Below, piece by piece: positions 1 to 9,809 of a DNA stretch of 64,000 bases (its first letter is position 1; each line of letters begins with the position of its first letter). Origin of the DNA: a virus; the IMG/VR virus record IMGVR_UViG_3300035698_027665, positions 35,354-99,353 of that record, one strand, 5' to 3'. Below the pieces are notes generated by a model. That model saw only the letters and a list, made by a program, of their open reading frames with translations. It was not told the DNA's origin and searched no databases. The position numbers were made by a program, and so were the translations under genes.

Positions 1-135
1 CGGCCTTCCAGTTGCAGGATCAACATCCATGACTGGTTTAAATGCATTTTTCATTTCGTAATAGTCATCTTTTTCTGTCAAAAAACACACTACCTGATCG
101 CCATTGGTCAATTGTAAAACTTTAATATTATTCAT
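1..135 (-). CDS. Partial hypothetical protein (runs off window start), T4-like small beta-barrel type
   Basis: Hand translation MNNIKVLQLTNGDQVVCFLTEKDDYYEMKNAF..., AAGGAG RBS upstream. Confidence 0.6.
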   Translation of the reverse strand, partial: MNNIKVLQLTNGDQVVCFLTEKDDYYEMKNAFKPVMDVDPATGRP

Positions 136-155
136 AATATTTTCTCCTTTTCAAC

Positions 156-184
156 ATTATAAAAGTTATTTACTAAAAAATCAA
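156..184 (-). promoter_or_regulatory. sigma70-like promoter TTGATT-N17-TATAAT
   Basis: Motifs read on minus strand upstream of ORF 1..135. Confidence 0.5.
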
Positions 185-204
185 CTAAGTTTCTTTATTA
201 TTCC

Positions 205-459
205 GTGAAGCAGATAATAGAAAAGGTTCTTGAAGAAAACGATGAAGCAATTTTAGCAGATGGATTTGAATCTTCTGCAATTGGAGTTGGATATCGTTGT
301 GGACAAAAACCTGTCATCGTTTATGATTATAAAAAATGCATTGAAGAAATAATTAAAAGCAAAGGAGTTTCAAGACTTGAAGCTGTTGATTTTTTTCACT
401 ACAATGTTGTAAGATGTTGGATCGATGAAAACTCACCTATATTTTTAGAACTATGCTAA
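205..459 (+). CDS. Conserved phage hypothetical protein
   Basis: ILADGFESSAIG...VYDYKKC...EAVDFFHYN pattern common in phage ORFs. Confidence 0.6.
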   Translation: MKQIIEKVLEENDEAILADGFESSAIGVGYRCGQKPVIVYDYKKCIEEIIKSKGVSRLEAVDFFHYNVVRCWIDENSPIFLELC

Positions 460-728
460 TACTACTTATTATTTCAAATTTATTATTGCCTTTTGCAGTG
501 GTTTTGTATTTCGTTTATTATTCAAAAAAAGCAAAACAGAAAGATAAATCTATTTTGCTTTTGCTTGAATCTGTATTAAAAAAAATAGACTCTAACAAGA
601 ATGAGTTATATGAAATTTCTGACACTGTATATGAAATATTAGAATTGTTAGAAGATGATGGAGATGATGGGGATGATGACGGAGAACCTATTATTCTCAT
701 TGAATCATCATTGAAATTAACAGGTTAA
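453..728 (+). CDS. Small membrane-anchored protein
   Basis: N-terminal hydrophobic helix, acidic tail. Confidence 0.55.
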   Translation: MLILLIISNLLLPFAVVLYFVYYSKKAKQKDKSILLLLESVLKKIDSNKNELYEISDTVYEILELLEDDGDDGDDDGEPIILIESSLKLTG

Positions 729-1279
729 ATCTCGAACCAATGTGGCAATTGAGGTTTTATCAATTCTAAAAATTCTTTAGAAGAATCAATTCCTAATTTC
801 AATCTGAATCTTCCTCTTTCTTTAATTATCTCTGAATCAAAATAAGCATAATTAAAATATTTTTTAATATTTTCAGTACCTTCTTCTCCCCAAATATTTG
901 TATTTAAAATAATATTTTTGTTTTTTAATTTTCCACAGTCTCCGTACCAAACAGCAAACCCCACGTCTTTTAAAGAGCTAATATATTCTATATCAATTAC
1001 TCTTTTTCCATTGGAATAAAAGTTTTTTCTATATTCATTAAATATAGGATAGCATAAAGAGTGCCATCTGTTTGTTTTTTCGATAGTAAAAGGCTTGTCA
1101 GAAGATAAGTTGCTTAATTCAAAAGACTTGTGTTCAAGCCACTTGCCTTTTATACATCTCATAGATAAATAAGCTGTTTTGCTTTTTTCAGACTTTATTA
1201 AAGATGAACCTCCTAATATAGTCCCTAAAATATATTGTTTTTGAAGATCAGATATTTCTGGATTTTTATTGTGTGCCAT
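725..1279 (-). CDS. Free-standing LAGLIDADG_2-type homing endonuclease-like protein (degenerate motifs)
   Basis: QKQYILGTILGGSS and FAVWYGDCG motifs, FY.NGKR. Confidence 0.75.
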   Translation of the reverse strand: MAHNKNPEISDLQKQYILGTILGGSSLIKSEKSKTAYLSMRCIKGKWLEHKSFELSNLSSDKPFTIEKTNRWHSLCYPIFNEYRKNFYSNGKRVIDIEYISSLKDVGFAVWYGDCGKLKNKNIILNTNIWGEEGTENIKKYFNYAYFDSEIIKERGRFRLKLGIDSSKEFLELIKPQLPHWFEI

Positions 1280-1281
1280 TC

Positions 1282-1328
1282 AATTATTTATGCAATTGGA
1301 TAAATTTTATCCAATTGCATAAATAATT
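1282..1328. repeat. Perfect 23-bp inverted repeat with 1-nt centre
   Basis: aattatttatgcaattggataaa-t-tttatccaattgcataaataatt. Confidence 0.95.
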
Positions 1329-1386
1329 TGTTTCTAAATGTTTAGATATAATTGAGATCAAAACAAATTATTTAAGGAGGCATTTT

Positions 1387-1716
1387 ATGTCAGCAACAAG
1401 CGTAACAGGAAAAGGGGCAGGAGCAGCGGGGAATCTTAAAGGTCCGGGAAACGGTCGTAATCATTTCGTACCATCAGTAACTCCACATGTTGTAGCAGCC
1501 GATGAAATTGCTTTAGTAGCCGGTGCAGCTACTGTAGAAGTGCCGGGTTTATCTGGCGTGAACTATACGGTTCAAGCTCAAGATATTACTACTCCATCTA
1601 ACACAGTAGCAGTTACTAAAACTAACGTATCAAGTACACTTTCTAGATTGACTTTTGCAGGAACCGGCACTGACGTTGTTTCATACATCGTTGTGAAAAT
1701 GGGCCAAGCTGGTTAA
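1387..1716 (+). CDS. Probable virion structural/decoration protein
   Basis: A/G/T/V-rich beta-type sequence, strong AAGGAGG RBS, followed by terminator. Confidence 0.5.
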   Translation: MSATSVTGKGAGAAGNLKGPGNGRNHFVPSVTPHVVAADEIALVAGAATVEVPGLSGVNYTVQAQDITTPSNTVAVTKTNVSSTLSRLTFAGTGTDVVSYIVVKMGQAG

Positions 1717-1744
1717 TATTGTTAGACGATTCATCTTTCTAAAC

Positions 1745-1780
1745 AACGTTCTTTGGTTGAAAAATCAAAGAACGTTTTTT
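1745..1780. terminator. Intrinsic terminator hairpin between convergent genes
   Basis: aacgttctttggtt-gaaa-aatcaaagaacgtt followed by T run. Confidence 0.75.
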
Positions 1781-1781
1781 A

Positions 1782-2396
1782 TTATCCATTATAAGCTGGT
1801 TGTCCCATAAAGGTTTTGTTTTTGTTTCCACCGGGAGAATAAGCTGGTTGTCCCATAAAGGTGTGATTCTGATTACCTTGTTGATTCTGTTGATTCTGAT
1901 TACCTTGTTGATTCTGTTGATTTTGATTACCTTGTTGATTCTGTTGATTTTGATTACCTTGTTGATTCTGGCTTACTTGCTTGCCATATTCAATAACACT
2001 TTTCAATATGTCATCAAACACGTTTTTTAATTCTGGATCAATACTTTGAGACAATTGGCTCAATCTAGATAGAAGCTTTCCCATTTCTTCTATTTTTGCT
2101 TCTTTAGAAGGAGCGGGATTTACATTGCCATGATAATTTTTCGCAACATCGCCAGCAAAGTTTCGAACCCCTGCTGCTGCCTGTCCTATAGAATTCGCCA
2201 GATTTTCATTTAGCGAATTGTTGAAATTTAATATTTTAATTTTATCTTCGTTTTTTTCTGCATAAGCGATAAGATGATCAATATAATGCTCTGCCACTAC
2301 TTGCGTAGAAATGTCGTTTCCCACATAGTAGGATGCGGCTTTTGTTGTTGTATTAACTTCTTTTTCTTTATTGTAAAAATCTTTAAATGTTTTCAT
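1782..2396 (-). CDS. Gln/Asn-repeat protein with capsid-targeting-like N-terminus
   Basis: MKTFKDFY start; (QQGNQNQQN)n; TFMGQPAY twice. Confidence 0.7.
   Translation of the reverse strand: MKTFKDFYNKEKEVNTTTKAASYYVGNDISTQVVAEHYIDHLIAYAEKNEDKIKILNFNNSLNENLANSIGQAAAGVRNFAGDVAKNYHGNVNPAPSKEAKIEEMGKLLSRLSQLSQSIDPELKNVFDDILKSVIEYGKQVSQNQQGNQNQQNQQGNQNQQNQQGNQNQQNQQGNQNHTFMGQPAYSPGGNKNKTFMGQPAYNG
1871..1970. repeat. Coding tandem repeat, 27-nt unit, about 3.7 copies
   Basis: gattaccttgttgattctgttgatt(c/t)t repeated. Confidence 0.9.
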
Positions 2397-2399
2397 AGT

Positions 2400-3200
2400 T
2401 CACTCCCAATAGCTTTCTTTTAGATGTAATTCGTGTTCGTATATGGAATAATCTAATTTTAAAAATTTAGTCCATAACTCTAAAACAATACCTTCATTTT
2501 TATATATGAAATCAAGTTTAATATCTTTTTTATTTAATAATCCTGACATTGGCGTAAAATAAGATATCCCATTAAAAGACGCCATAGAATTGTAGTCAAA
2601 CAAAATAGAACTAATTACGCCTACTAATTCGTAATCAGTATTGTAAACTCCCCCTCCTGAATCTCCCTTGACCACGTACATAGAAGTTCTGTATCTTTTA
2701 TTATTTATGGATGTATCTGTTATTTTTCCGGGTATAAACCTTGGCGTGTCTTTATAGCCCACTCCATAAACATCATTCCCAATGTAAAGTTTGGGTGAAA
2801 AATTAATTTTAGCTGTGGGTAAAGGGAATGGTGTAAGAAAGACAATTACAGCCAAATCTAAACTTGGATATCTAGCATATGTTATGTATGGGAAAGAGTG
2901 ATTTGAGCGTTTTGCAAAAACGAACTTTTCATAATATGCTATTTCCAAAAAAGACTTAGTGTTGAGGGCAACAACATGGTCGCAAGTTATCGCTGTGTTT
3001 AGATAAACATTGCGACTTGTCCTTATACTTTTTACGACAACCCCACTCCCACTTCCAGTTATCCGTTTATCAGTTCCAACTAATATATGCACTGATGGAG
3101 ACAAGGATTGTTGATAAAGAACAATGTCTGCTTTTTGAGCATGCAATTTATTATTTGCGGCAAATAAAAACAGAAACAATACTATAATAATCTTGTACAT
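2400..3200 (-). CDS. Trypsin-like (S1) serine protease with signal peptide
   Basis: TCDHV, DLAV, GDSGGG catalytic triad motifs. Confidence 0.85.
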   Translation of the reverse strand: MYKIIIVLFLFLFAANNKLHAQKADIVLYQQSLSPSVHILVGTDKRITGSGSGVVVKSIRTSRNVYLNTAITCDHVVALNTKSFLEIAYYEKFVFAKRSNHSFPYITYARYPSLDLAVIVFLTPFPLPTAKINFSPKLYIGNDVYGVGYKDTPRFIPGKITDTSINNKRYRTSMYVVKGDSGGGVYNTDYELVGVISSILFDYNSMASFNGISYFTPMSGLLNKKDIKLDFIYKNEGIVLELWTKFLKLDYSIYEHELHLKESYWE

Positions 3201-3229
3201 AATTTTATATATTATTTAGGAGTAATAAC

Positions 3230-3478
3230 ATGAGTGGAGAAAATTGTTGCAAAAAAAACCCTGATCTTAAAAACGAATTGAATTCTTGCGAAAACGATTG
3301 CAAAAGCACAGGTTTTTTATGGGATTTGTTTGGCGAAAAAGAAAAGACATTTACCTTAAAAGAAGTAAATGTTTTAGTTGAAAAAATAAAGAAGTTTAAC
3401 GCAGGGGCCATTGATGAATACTTGGACAACCACGTAAACGAAGCTATTAAAGAATGGGTTGACACTTACAGTGAGTGA
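3230..3478 (+). CDS. Hypothetical protein
   Basis: ORF with AGGAG RBS. Confidence 0.6.
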   Translation: MSGENCCKKNPDLKNELNSCENDCKSTGFLWDLFGEKEKTFTLKEVNVLVEKIKKFNAGAIDEYLDNHVNEAIKEWVDTYSE

Positions 3479-3650
3479 AGATAGTTATTGGGATTTAGAT
3501 GAAGTGACAAAAGCCATATGTGTCACTTGCCATGAAAAAACACCAAAAGGGTATTTATGGAAAGGCACAGAGTATGGATATGGCGAACACAAAATAGAAT
3601 GTTCTATTTGCGGGAAAGTTATTAATGAAGAAACTAAGACCAGTAGTTAA
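3471..3650 (+). CDS. Small zinc-ribbon protein
   Basis: CVTC...CSIC pairs; GTG start overlapping upstream gene. Confidence 0.55.
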   Translation: MSEDSYWDLDEVTKAICVTCHEKTPKGYLWKGTEYGYGEHKIECSICGKVINEETKTSS

Positions 3651-4431
3651 AATACACGGTGGAAAATATTATTTATCAAAATGGATTATTGATGCTTTCC
3701 CTCAAGAATATGAAAAACTAAGTTATATAGAACCATATTGCGGCGGTGCAAGTGTTTTTATGAACAAAGTCCCGTCTAATAATATAGAAATAATTAACGA
3801 TATATCTGCATCATTGATGCAAATATATCGTGCATTAAGAGACGAACCAGAATTATTCATACAAAAAGTTAAAAGAACCACATATTCAGAACGTGTATTT
3901 ATTCGTGAGAAAAACAAACAAGGGAACGTGTTTGATGATTATCTCAAAGAAGCTTTAAATGAGTATGTCGTAAGAAGAATGAGCAGAGGTGGATTGAAAG
4001 AAGCTTTTGCTTGGTCTGATAGAGAAAGAGGCGGCAAGCCCGGAGATTTAAATGCGTGGATTACGATGGCTGACCATCTATCTCTTTTAGGGGATAGAAT
4101 TAAAAAATGCTATTTGCTAAACAAACCAGCTTTAGAAATTATAGAAGTTTTTGATTCGAAAAATAGTTTGATTTACGTTGACCCTCCATATGATCCAGAA
4201 GCTAGAGTTTCTAAAAACGTATATGAAAATGAAATGACTACAGAAGATCATCTAAAGTTAATAGAACTCATAAAAACATGTAAGTCTAAAGTAGTTATTA
4301 GTGGATATCCATCAGCTATTTATAGAAGCCACTTGAAAGAATGGAACTGTATTCAGAAAAAGATAGCTAATCATTCATCTCAGAAAAAAACAAAACCAAT
4401 TAAAACTGAATGTCTTTGGGTTAATTATTAA
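3625..4431 (+). CDS. dam: D12-class N6-adenine DNA methyltransferase (Dam-like)
   Basis: GGK, EPYCGGASV, IND, YVDPPY, VISGY motifs. Confidence 0.9.
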   Translation: MKKLRPVVKIHGGKYYLSKWIIDAFPQEYEKLSYIEPYCGGASVFMNKVPSNNIEIINDISASLMQIYRALRDEPELFIQKVKRTTYSERVFIREKNKQGNVFDDYLKEALNEYVVRRMSRGGLKEAFAWSDRERGGKPGDLNAWITMADHLSLLGDRIKKCYLLNKPALEIIEVFDSKNSLIYVDPPYDPEARVSKNVYENEMTTEDHLKLIELIKTCKSKVVISGYPSAIYRSHLKEWNCIQKKIANHSSQKKTKPIKTECLWVNY

Positions 4432-4482
4432 CTCAAAGACATTTTTATTTTAAAACAATATAATTACTTCATAGATAAATGC

Positions 4483-4674
4483 GTGAGGCTGTTATTTAAA
4501 CAATGGTTGGAAAACGCAGGTGTTGTTTACTCTAATGTAAACAACAGAAACTATACCAGCAGGTGTGTTGGCAGCAATATAGTCGCAGTTGACAAAGAAA
4601 ACTGCGACTCTCTTGTAAATGTTGAGAAAATATTTGGTAAAAGAAAAAAAAGACACAAAAAGGAGAAGCCATGA
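4483..4674 (+). CDS. Small protein with FKQWLE N-terminus
   Basis: MRLLFKQWLE; TAGATA motif 5 nt upstream. Confidence 0.6.
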   Translation: MRLLFKQWLENAGVVYSNVNNRNYTSRCVGSNIVAVDKENCDSLVNVEKIFGKRKKRHKKEKP

Positions 4675-4967
4675 ACCCTAGTCCAGCAATTACTTTCGAA
4701 GTCGATTTGACACTTGTAAAGAGTGAAAATATAGGACCAGTAACATCCCAAAAGTCAATAGGAATTAAAAGTGCAAATCAAGCGGATAACGCAACAGCAC
4801 CAAATAGAGTTTCTACGTGGCTTCCATCTTCATTAGGTTCATCTAACGTTAATCTTAAACACGGTGAAACATTCACACTTTATGGATTAGAAGCTATTAA
4901 GTTTAGAAATTTGTACGCCGAAGGCTATGCACCAGAAGAAAGAACTTGGGTGACAGTTTCATCATGA
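4671..4967 (+). CDS. Hypothetical protein
   Basis: AGGAG RBS, overlapping ATGA coupling. Confidence 0.65.
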   Translation: MNPSPAITFEVDLTLVKSENIGPVTSQKSIGIKSANQADNATAPNRVSTWLPSSLGSSNVNLKHGETFTLYGLEAIKFRNLYAEGYAPEERTWVTVSS

Positions 4968-5392
4968 TTTCTTTTCACAAACTATTAGAAAAAATGATGG
5001 AATCGGATCAATATGATGACGATTCTCAAGATTCCAACGCATTGCTTAAAAGTGGCGTTGAATCTAAAGCTATGGACATGATACGTTCAGGTAAAGATTT
5101 AGAAGGTTCTTTTTGGCAAAATTTTATTAATATGTGTTCTAATTCTGAATCCATGTCTGATTTGCTAGACGTTCCTAAACACAAAATTGCGGAATGGCCT
5201 TCTAAAATACAAGAGTTATTAGACGAAGTTGAAAATTTGGATTCAGAAGATGTAAAAGAAAAGAAAAAAGTGGTTTCTACTGGTGATAACACTTCGTTAG
5301 CTGATCCAAGCGGACCAGACGGTAGCCAACTAGACCAATCAGCCCCGAATAATGTAACAGGAGAAAAAAATGAGTTTAAGTTCAATACATGA
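4964..5392 (+). CDS. Hypothetical acidic protein (MISFHKLLE start)
   Basis: ATGA overlap with upstream gene. Confidence 0.65.
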   Translation: MISFHKLLEKMMESDQYDDDSQDSNALLKSGVESKAMDMIRSGKDLEGSFWQNFINMCSNSESMSDLLDVPKHKIAEWPSKIQELLDEVENLDSEDVKEKKKVVSTGDNTSLADPSGPDGSQLDQSAPNNVTGEKNEFKFNT

Positions 5393-5696
5393 TTTCAAAA
5401 AATCAAAACATGTTCTAAATGAAGAAGATGGAATAGACATGAGTCGTTTAGCAGGTGCAAACAGTCTTTTAGGCACTGGAAGCGAACAAGTCGACACAAG
5501 TTTGTATAATAGATTAAATAGCGCAATAGGAAATTATTTGGAACAAAAATATCCTAATAAACAAGACGCTATAAAAGCTGTAATTGTTGCCACATTGAAA
5601 ATTTTAAATACAGATTTGAATTCGATGATGTCTTCAACAGATTTGCAAAGAAGTTTGCCACAGCAAACAGACGACACACCTGACTCGGAAGTATAA
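5370..5696 (+). CDS. Hypothetical protein
   Basis: AGGAG RBS; in operon. Confidence 0.6.
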   Translation: MSLSSIHDFKKSKHVLNEEDGIDMSRLAGANSLLGTGSEQVDTSLYNRLNSAIGNYLEQKYPNKQDAIKAVIVATLKILNTDLNSMMSSTDLQRSLPQQTDDTPDSEV

Positions 5697-5698
5697 TT

Positions 5699-5980
5699 AT
5701 GAATTTTAATGATTGGGTGAAATTACACGAAAACGAGCCTTCTACTCCCGTAACTGACGGGAACGAACAGGCTGCACGTCCTACTGGTGTCCCTTTAGAT
5801 GAAATGCAGATTAAAAACATTCTAAAAATGAGACTAGAAGCTTTATTTAAAGAACTAGAGAACCAAAATTTTTCTCGTGACAAGTCTTTAGAATTGCTAA
5901 CTATAATATTGAAAGAATTTAGTCAAGAATTTAATTTAACTTCGGTCCAACAAAAGCAGGCAGTTGACAATATTCAATGA
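5699..5980 (+). CDS. Hypothetical protein (MNFNDWVKLHE start)
   Basis: ORF in operon. Confidence 0.6.
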   Translation: MNFNDWVKLHENEPSTPVTDGNEQAARPTGVPLDEMQIKNILKMRLEALFKELENQNFSRDKSLELLTIILKEFSQEFNLTSVQQKQAVDNIQ

Positions 5981-7947
5981 AAAGCAATATCACAAGAAAT
6001 CAAAGGCCATCCTTAGATGATAAAATAAAAAAAGCTTTGGCTAAAAAACCAACTGCTGATTATATCAATTCTAATGGGCTTACATCACTTCAGGTAAATA
6101 AAATGTTTGGCAACACAAAGGTTCCAAAGGCCACATTGATGAAAATCAATGGAAAAAAAGGAGGGTTGAAAAGACGCCTCACTGTAGAAAGAACCCCTAA
6201 AGTTTTAAGAAAAAGCAATAAGGGGCATTTGCCTGACCATAGTTCTAAAAAGTTAAAATTACCATTGTGGTTTGAATCTCAAGATAATATTGATGTTTCT
6301 ATTATTGTGCCTTGTTTTCGCAGTAAAAAAGTCATAGAAAAACAAATACAATCTTGGGATGTAATTAACGATAATTATAACGTGGAAATAATTTACGTTA
6401 ATGATGCGTGTCCAAACGATTCTTATCAAGAAGTAATTGCTTCTTGGCGAAAAAGAAAAGATGAAATTAAAAATAATGTTGGACAAATAATATTGAATGA
6501 TGCAAATTATGGATATTCCATATCTTGCAACATAGGGGCTTCTCAAGCAAAAGGCAAATATCTTATATTTTTAAATGCTGATTGTGAAGTTAAACCCAAT
6601 TGGATACGTCCTATGATAGAGTTATTGGACTCTGATGATGAAATAGGAATTGTGGGGAATTTACAAACAAAGAACGGAGAAATAGATTCTGCAGGATCGG
6701 AATGGTCTTGGAGGTCTAGTTCATTCGAACATATAGGTCGTAATGTTTATAATGGCGTTCCTATTGGACAAAGAATGAAAACAACCTCTTTGCCAGCGGA
6801 TTTAAAAAATCCAATAGAAAGACAAATGGTGACAGGCTGCTGTTTTGCAATCAAAAGAGATTTATTCGTAGAACTAGAAGGCTTTGACACAAATTTCAGA
6901 ATAGGATATTGGGAAGACTCTGATTTAAATATGAGAATAAGAGCAAAAGGGTTGAAGGTATATTTTCAACCCAAATCAGAAATAATACACATCGGTGGAC
7001 ATTCAGGAGGGGGCGGACATCCCTACATGGCAGACAACAAAAAACTGTTTCTGTCAAGATGGATAGATAATGGCAATTTTAATCCAAGAGCTAATACTGT
7101 TGTTGCTCCAACTATAAAATCAAATATTTTTGGCAAAGTCGTTGGTTGTGTAATAGCCTGTAATGAAGAAGAATTTTTACAGGTTTCTGTTGAAAGCGTA
7201 ACAAAAATAGTTGATGAATGGGTATTTGTAATTGGTGGCAATCAGCATGCCTACAAAAGTGGAATGTGTGACGAAAAAGGATATCCCAACGATGAAACAT
7301 TAGAGATAGCAAAAGAGTTGGCTGCAAAATATAACGGTACAGTTATTGAACCTCCTGATAGATTGTGGAAAGACAAGGTGGAAATGAGAAACGCCTATGT
7401 CCCATATTTAGACGATGGAGATTGGCTGTTTGTTCTAGATGGCGATGAAGTATACAAAGATGAACAATTGTGGCGAATATCAGAACTCATGCATACACAT
7501 GAAGCATTTATAATGCAATTTTGGCTATTTTGGAACAATATGTCTACTCTAGGAACAGGCGCTTGGGATTCTTATCCTCAAGAAAGAATAATTCGCTGGC
7601 GGAAAGGGTATGGATATACAGGGAAGAATCATCTTTTTGTGTCTGATTCTTCCGGCGCTGTCGCACACAATAAAGTTCCATGCTACAGAGGGCAAGACAA
7701 ATTATTTTATCATTATTCTTGGATTAGACCGATAGAAAAAATAAGACAAAAAAGAGAATATTATAAACATCAGTCTGGTAATCATAATGATACTTATGTT
7801 GATGAAGTGTTTCTCAAATGGCGTGAGAAACCAAAAGAAGTGGATGGCAAAACGCATCCTATGGGCGGTGGGAGTTATATAGATTTTATAGGAATGCACC
7901 CTAGAGGGGTCCAGAAACTTATAGAAGAAGGTAAGTTTGACTTCTAA
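5977..7947 (+). CDS. Two-domain GT2-family glycosyltransferase with basic N-terminal extension
   Basis: VSIIVPCF, VNDA, FLNAD, YWEDSD; second domain IACNEE, VLDGDE. Confidence 0.85.
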   Translation: MKSNITRNQRPSLDDKIKKALAKKPTADYINSNGLTSLQVNKMFGNTKVPKATLMKINGKKGGLKRRLTVERTPKVLRKSNKGHLPDHSSKKLKLPLWFESQDNIDVSIIVPCFRSKKVIEKQIQSWDVINDNYNVEIIYVNDACPNDSYQEVIASWRKRKDEIKNNVGQIILNDANYGYSISCNIGASQAKGKYLIFLNADCEVKPNWIRPMIELLDSDDEIGIVGNLQTKNGEIDSAGSEWSWRSSSFEHIGRNVYNGVPIGQRMKTTSLPADLKNPIERQMVTGCCFAIKRDLFVELEGFDTNFRIGYWEDSDLNMRIRAKGLKVYFQPKSEIIHIGGHSGGGGHPYMADNKKLFLSRWIDNGNFNPRANTVVAPTIKSNIFGKVVGCVIACNEEEFLQVSVESVTKIVDEWVFVIGGNQHAYKSGMCDEKGYPNDETLEIAKELAAKYNGTVIEPPDRLWKDKVEMRNAYVPYLDDGDWLFVLDGDEVYKDEQLWRISELMHTHEAFIMQFWLFWNNMSTLGTGAWDSYPQERIIRWRKGYGYTGKNHLFVSDSSGAVAHNKVPCYRGQDKLFYHYSWIRPIEKIRQKREYYKHQSGNHNDTYVDEVFLKWREKPKEVDGKTHPMGGGSYIDFIGMHPRGVQKLIEEGKFDF

Positions 7948-8518
7948 ATACAATAAAAGCTTTTTAATAACTGGAAGTGGGAGATCAGGCACGAAATTCT
8001 TGTCTAGTTTGATGAACAAGTCAGAAAAATGGACTGTTCTACATGAACCCAAACCAAAAAAAACAGATTACGAAAAAGCTTTTGTTGAAACAATTCAAAA
8101 CAGATTTAATAAAGACTATTACGGTGAAGTAAACTCCTATTGTAGAAAATATCTTTTTGACTTAAAAATAAAGAATAAAGCTGTTATTGTTAGAAATCCA
8201 TATGATATATGGGTTTCTATTGTTAATAGACGAAATAAAAATAAATTTTGGGAAAAAAGTTTGGAAGAATCTTTAAAAATAATCGACAAAGCGATAGATG
8301 ATAAAAATATTTTTCCTATTAGTTTTAAAAAAATGACAACTAACGTCTATTATTGTCAAAACATTTTGTATGAATTTGACATACACGATGTTACAATTAA
8401 AGAAAAAGATTTGAAGCAAAAAATAGGCGAAACTAAAGAATTTAATTTCAAACGTTCCAATTGTCAAGAGAATAGATATTTTGAATATTTTTGCAACAAA
8501 TATAAAAGTTTAATTTAG
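7937..8518 (+). CDS. Sulfotransferase-like protein
   Basis: ITGSGRSGT (5'-PSB), HEP, VRNP motifs. Confidence 0.7.
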   Translation: MTSKYNKSFLITGSGRSGTKFLSSLMNKSEKWTVLHEPKPKKTDYEKAFVETIQNRFNKDYYGEVNSYCRKYLFDLKIKNKAVIVRNPYDIWVSIVNRRNKNKFWEKSLEESLKIIDKAIDDKNIFPISFKKMTTNVYYCQNILYEFDIHDVTIKEKDLKQKIGETKEFNFKRSNCQENRYFEYFCNKYKSLI

Positions 8519-8556
8519 TTGAAAAAATCATACTAGTTTATTTTAAAATTGGAGTT

Positions 8557-9192
8557 TTGACAATGGATAAAAAAATACAAAGAGAAGAAGTAGTTAAAGA
8601 AATCAATAGCTGGACAAAAGCTATGAACTATCAATCAATCCCTTTTAGAAACTATGAAGGAATAAGACCTCATCGGGAAGACCACAAACATGTTTTTAAT
8701 TCTTGTGTTAATGCTATTAAAAAAGAAAATTATGACATTAAAGGTAAAAGCGTTTTAGACGTGGGTTCAAATATAGGTTATTTCGCCTTTTCCTTTAGAA
8801 AAGAAGGTGCTGGAGATTTGTTTTTATTGGAAAAAATAGGCAAAATCGCTGAAACAGCGAGAAAGATTGCCGAAATAGAAGAATTGGAAAATGTTGAAGT
8901 ATCAAAATCCACAATAAACAATTTAGAACAAGCAGAAAAAATAAAAAAATGCGATATCGTTGTTTATAAAAGCGTTCACCATTGGGTTAGAAAATTTTCT
9001 GACAATGAAATGGCAAAAAAAATATTTGGAGAACTAACAAAACAAGCTTCTATAGTTTTGTACGAGCCGGGCAATTTTGGCAACGCCAAAGTAAGTGAAG
9101 AAGATGATAACTTGCCTGAGATTTTTGGCTTCAAAACAGTTACTATATCAAAAAAGTTTAGAGGAAGAAAAGTTAAAGTCTGTTTTAAATGA
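8557..9192 (+). CDS. Class I SAM-dependent methyltransferase
   Basis: VLDVGSNIGYF, SVHHW. Confidence 0.8.
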   Translation: MTMDKKIQREEVVKEINSWTKAMNYQSIPFRNYEGIRPHREDHKHVFNSCVNAIKKENYDIKGKSVLDVGSNIGYFAFSFRKEGAGDLFLLEKIGKIAETARKIAEIEELENVEVSKSTINNLEQAEKIKKCDIVVYKSVHHWVRKFSDNEMAKKIFGELTKQASIVLYEPGNFGNAKVSEEDDNLPEIFGFKTVTISKKFRGRKVKVCFK

Positions 9193-9809
9193 TTTTAGAA
9201 GCTAATAAAAAATATAATATGTTTGATAAAGAATTAACTTTTGAATCCTTTTTTCATAGAGTGGGTTGCAAAAAGGATTCTATAGGCAAAATGGTTTCAG
9301 TTAGGTTTTTAGACTTAGACAAAAAACACCCTCCAAGAAAAGATTTGCATCAGCATTTGTATGCTGCGGCTTTAGATGAAAATAGAAGCAAATGGTTTGT
9401 CAAATTCTTAACAGAAGGGCATTATAGAAAATCAAAAAATGTTTATGATAGCTTAAAATCTTTCGACAAAGACAATGTTGTTTTAGAAACATTCTACGAC
9501 AGCGTGAATAACGCTCTTTGTCAACCAAAATTGCCTAAGACATTGCATGAAGGTATAAAGAATATAACCCTTCAACAAGCTTCTGAAAATGCTGATATAA
9601 TTGTTTCTTTTATAGAAAGAATTTATAAAAGCGAAGACGAAGATGCTAAAAAAAATATTTCTCATTTTGACATGTCATATGGGAATTTCATGTTCGATTC
9701 TAAAAAGAGAATTGCTATTATAGATTTTGGGTTGTGGCCTAGAGACACAACTATACAACACTGGTATGAACTAGCAGAAAAAATTAGAGGTATGGCAAAT
9801 GATTTATAG
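9189..9809 (+). CDS. Kinase-like (APH/Kdo kinase fold) protein
   Basis: HFDMSYGNFM...IIDFG. Confidence 0.6.
   Translation: MILEANKKYNMFDKELTFESFFHRVGCKKDSIGKMVSVRFLDLDKKHPPRKDLHQHLYAAALDENRSKWFVKFLTEGHYRKSKNVYDSLKSFDKDNVVLETFYDSVNNALCQPKLPKTLHEGIKNITLQQASENADIIVSFIERIYKSEDEDAKKNISHFDMSYGNFMFDSKKRIAIIDFGLWPRDTTIQHWYELAEKIRGMANDL

Noticed and set aside
725-1279. Group I intron or intein hosting the LAGLIDADG ORF
   Set aside because: No interrupted host gene on the same strand and no intein splice residues; ORF is free-standing
1800-2030. Leu/Ile-repeat ORF on plus strand
   Set aside because: Antisense shadow of the Q/N repeat
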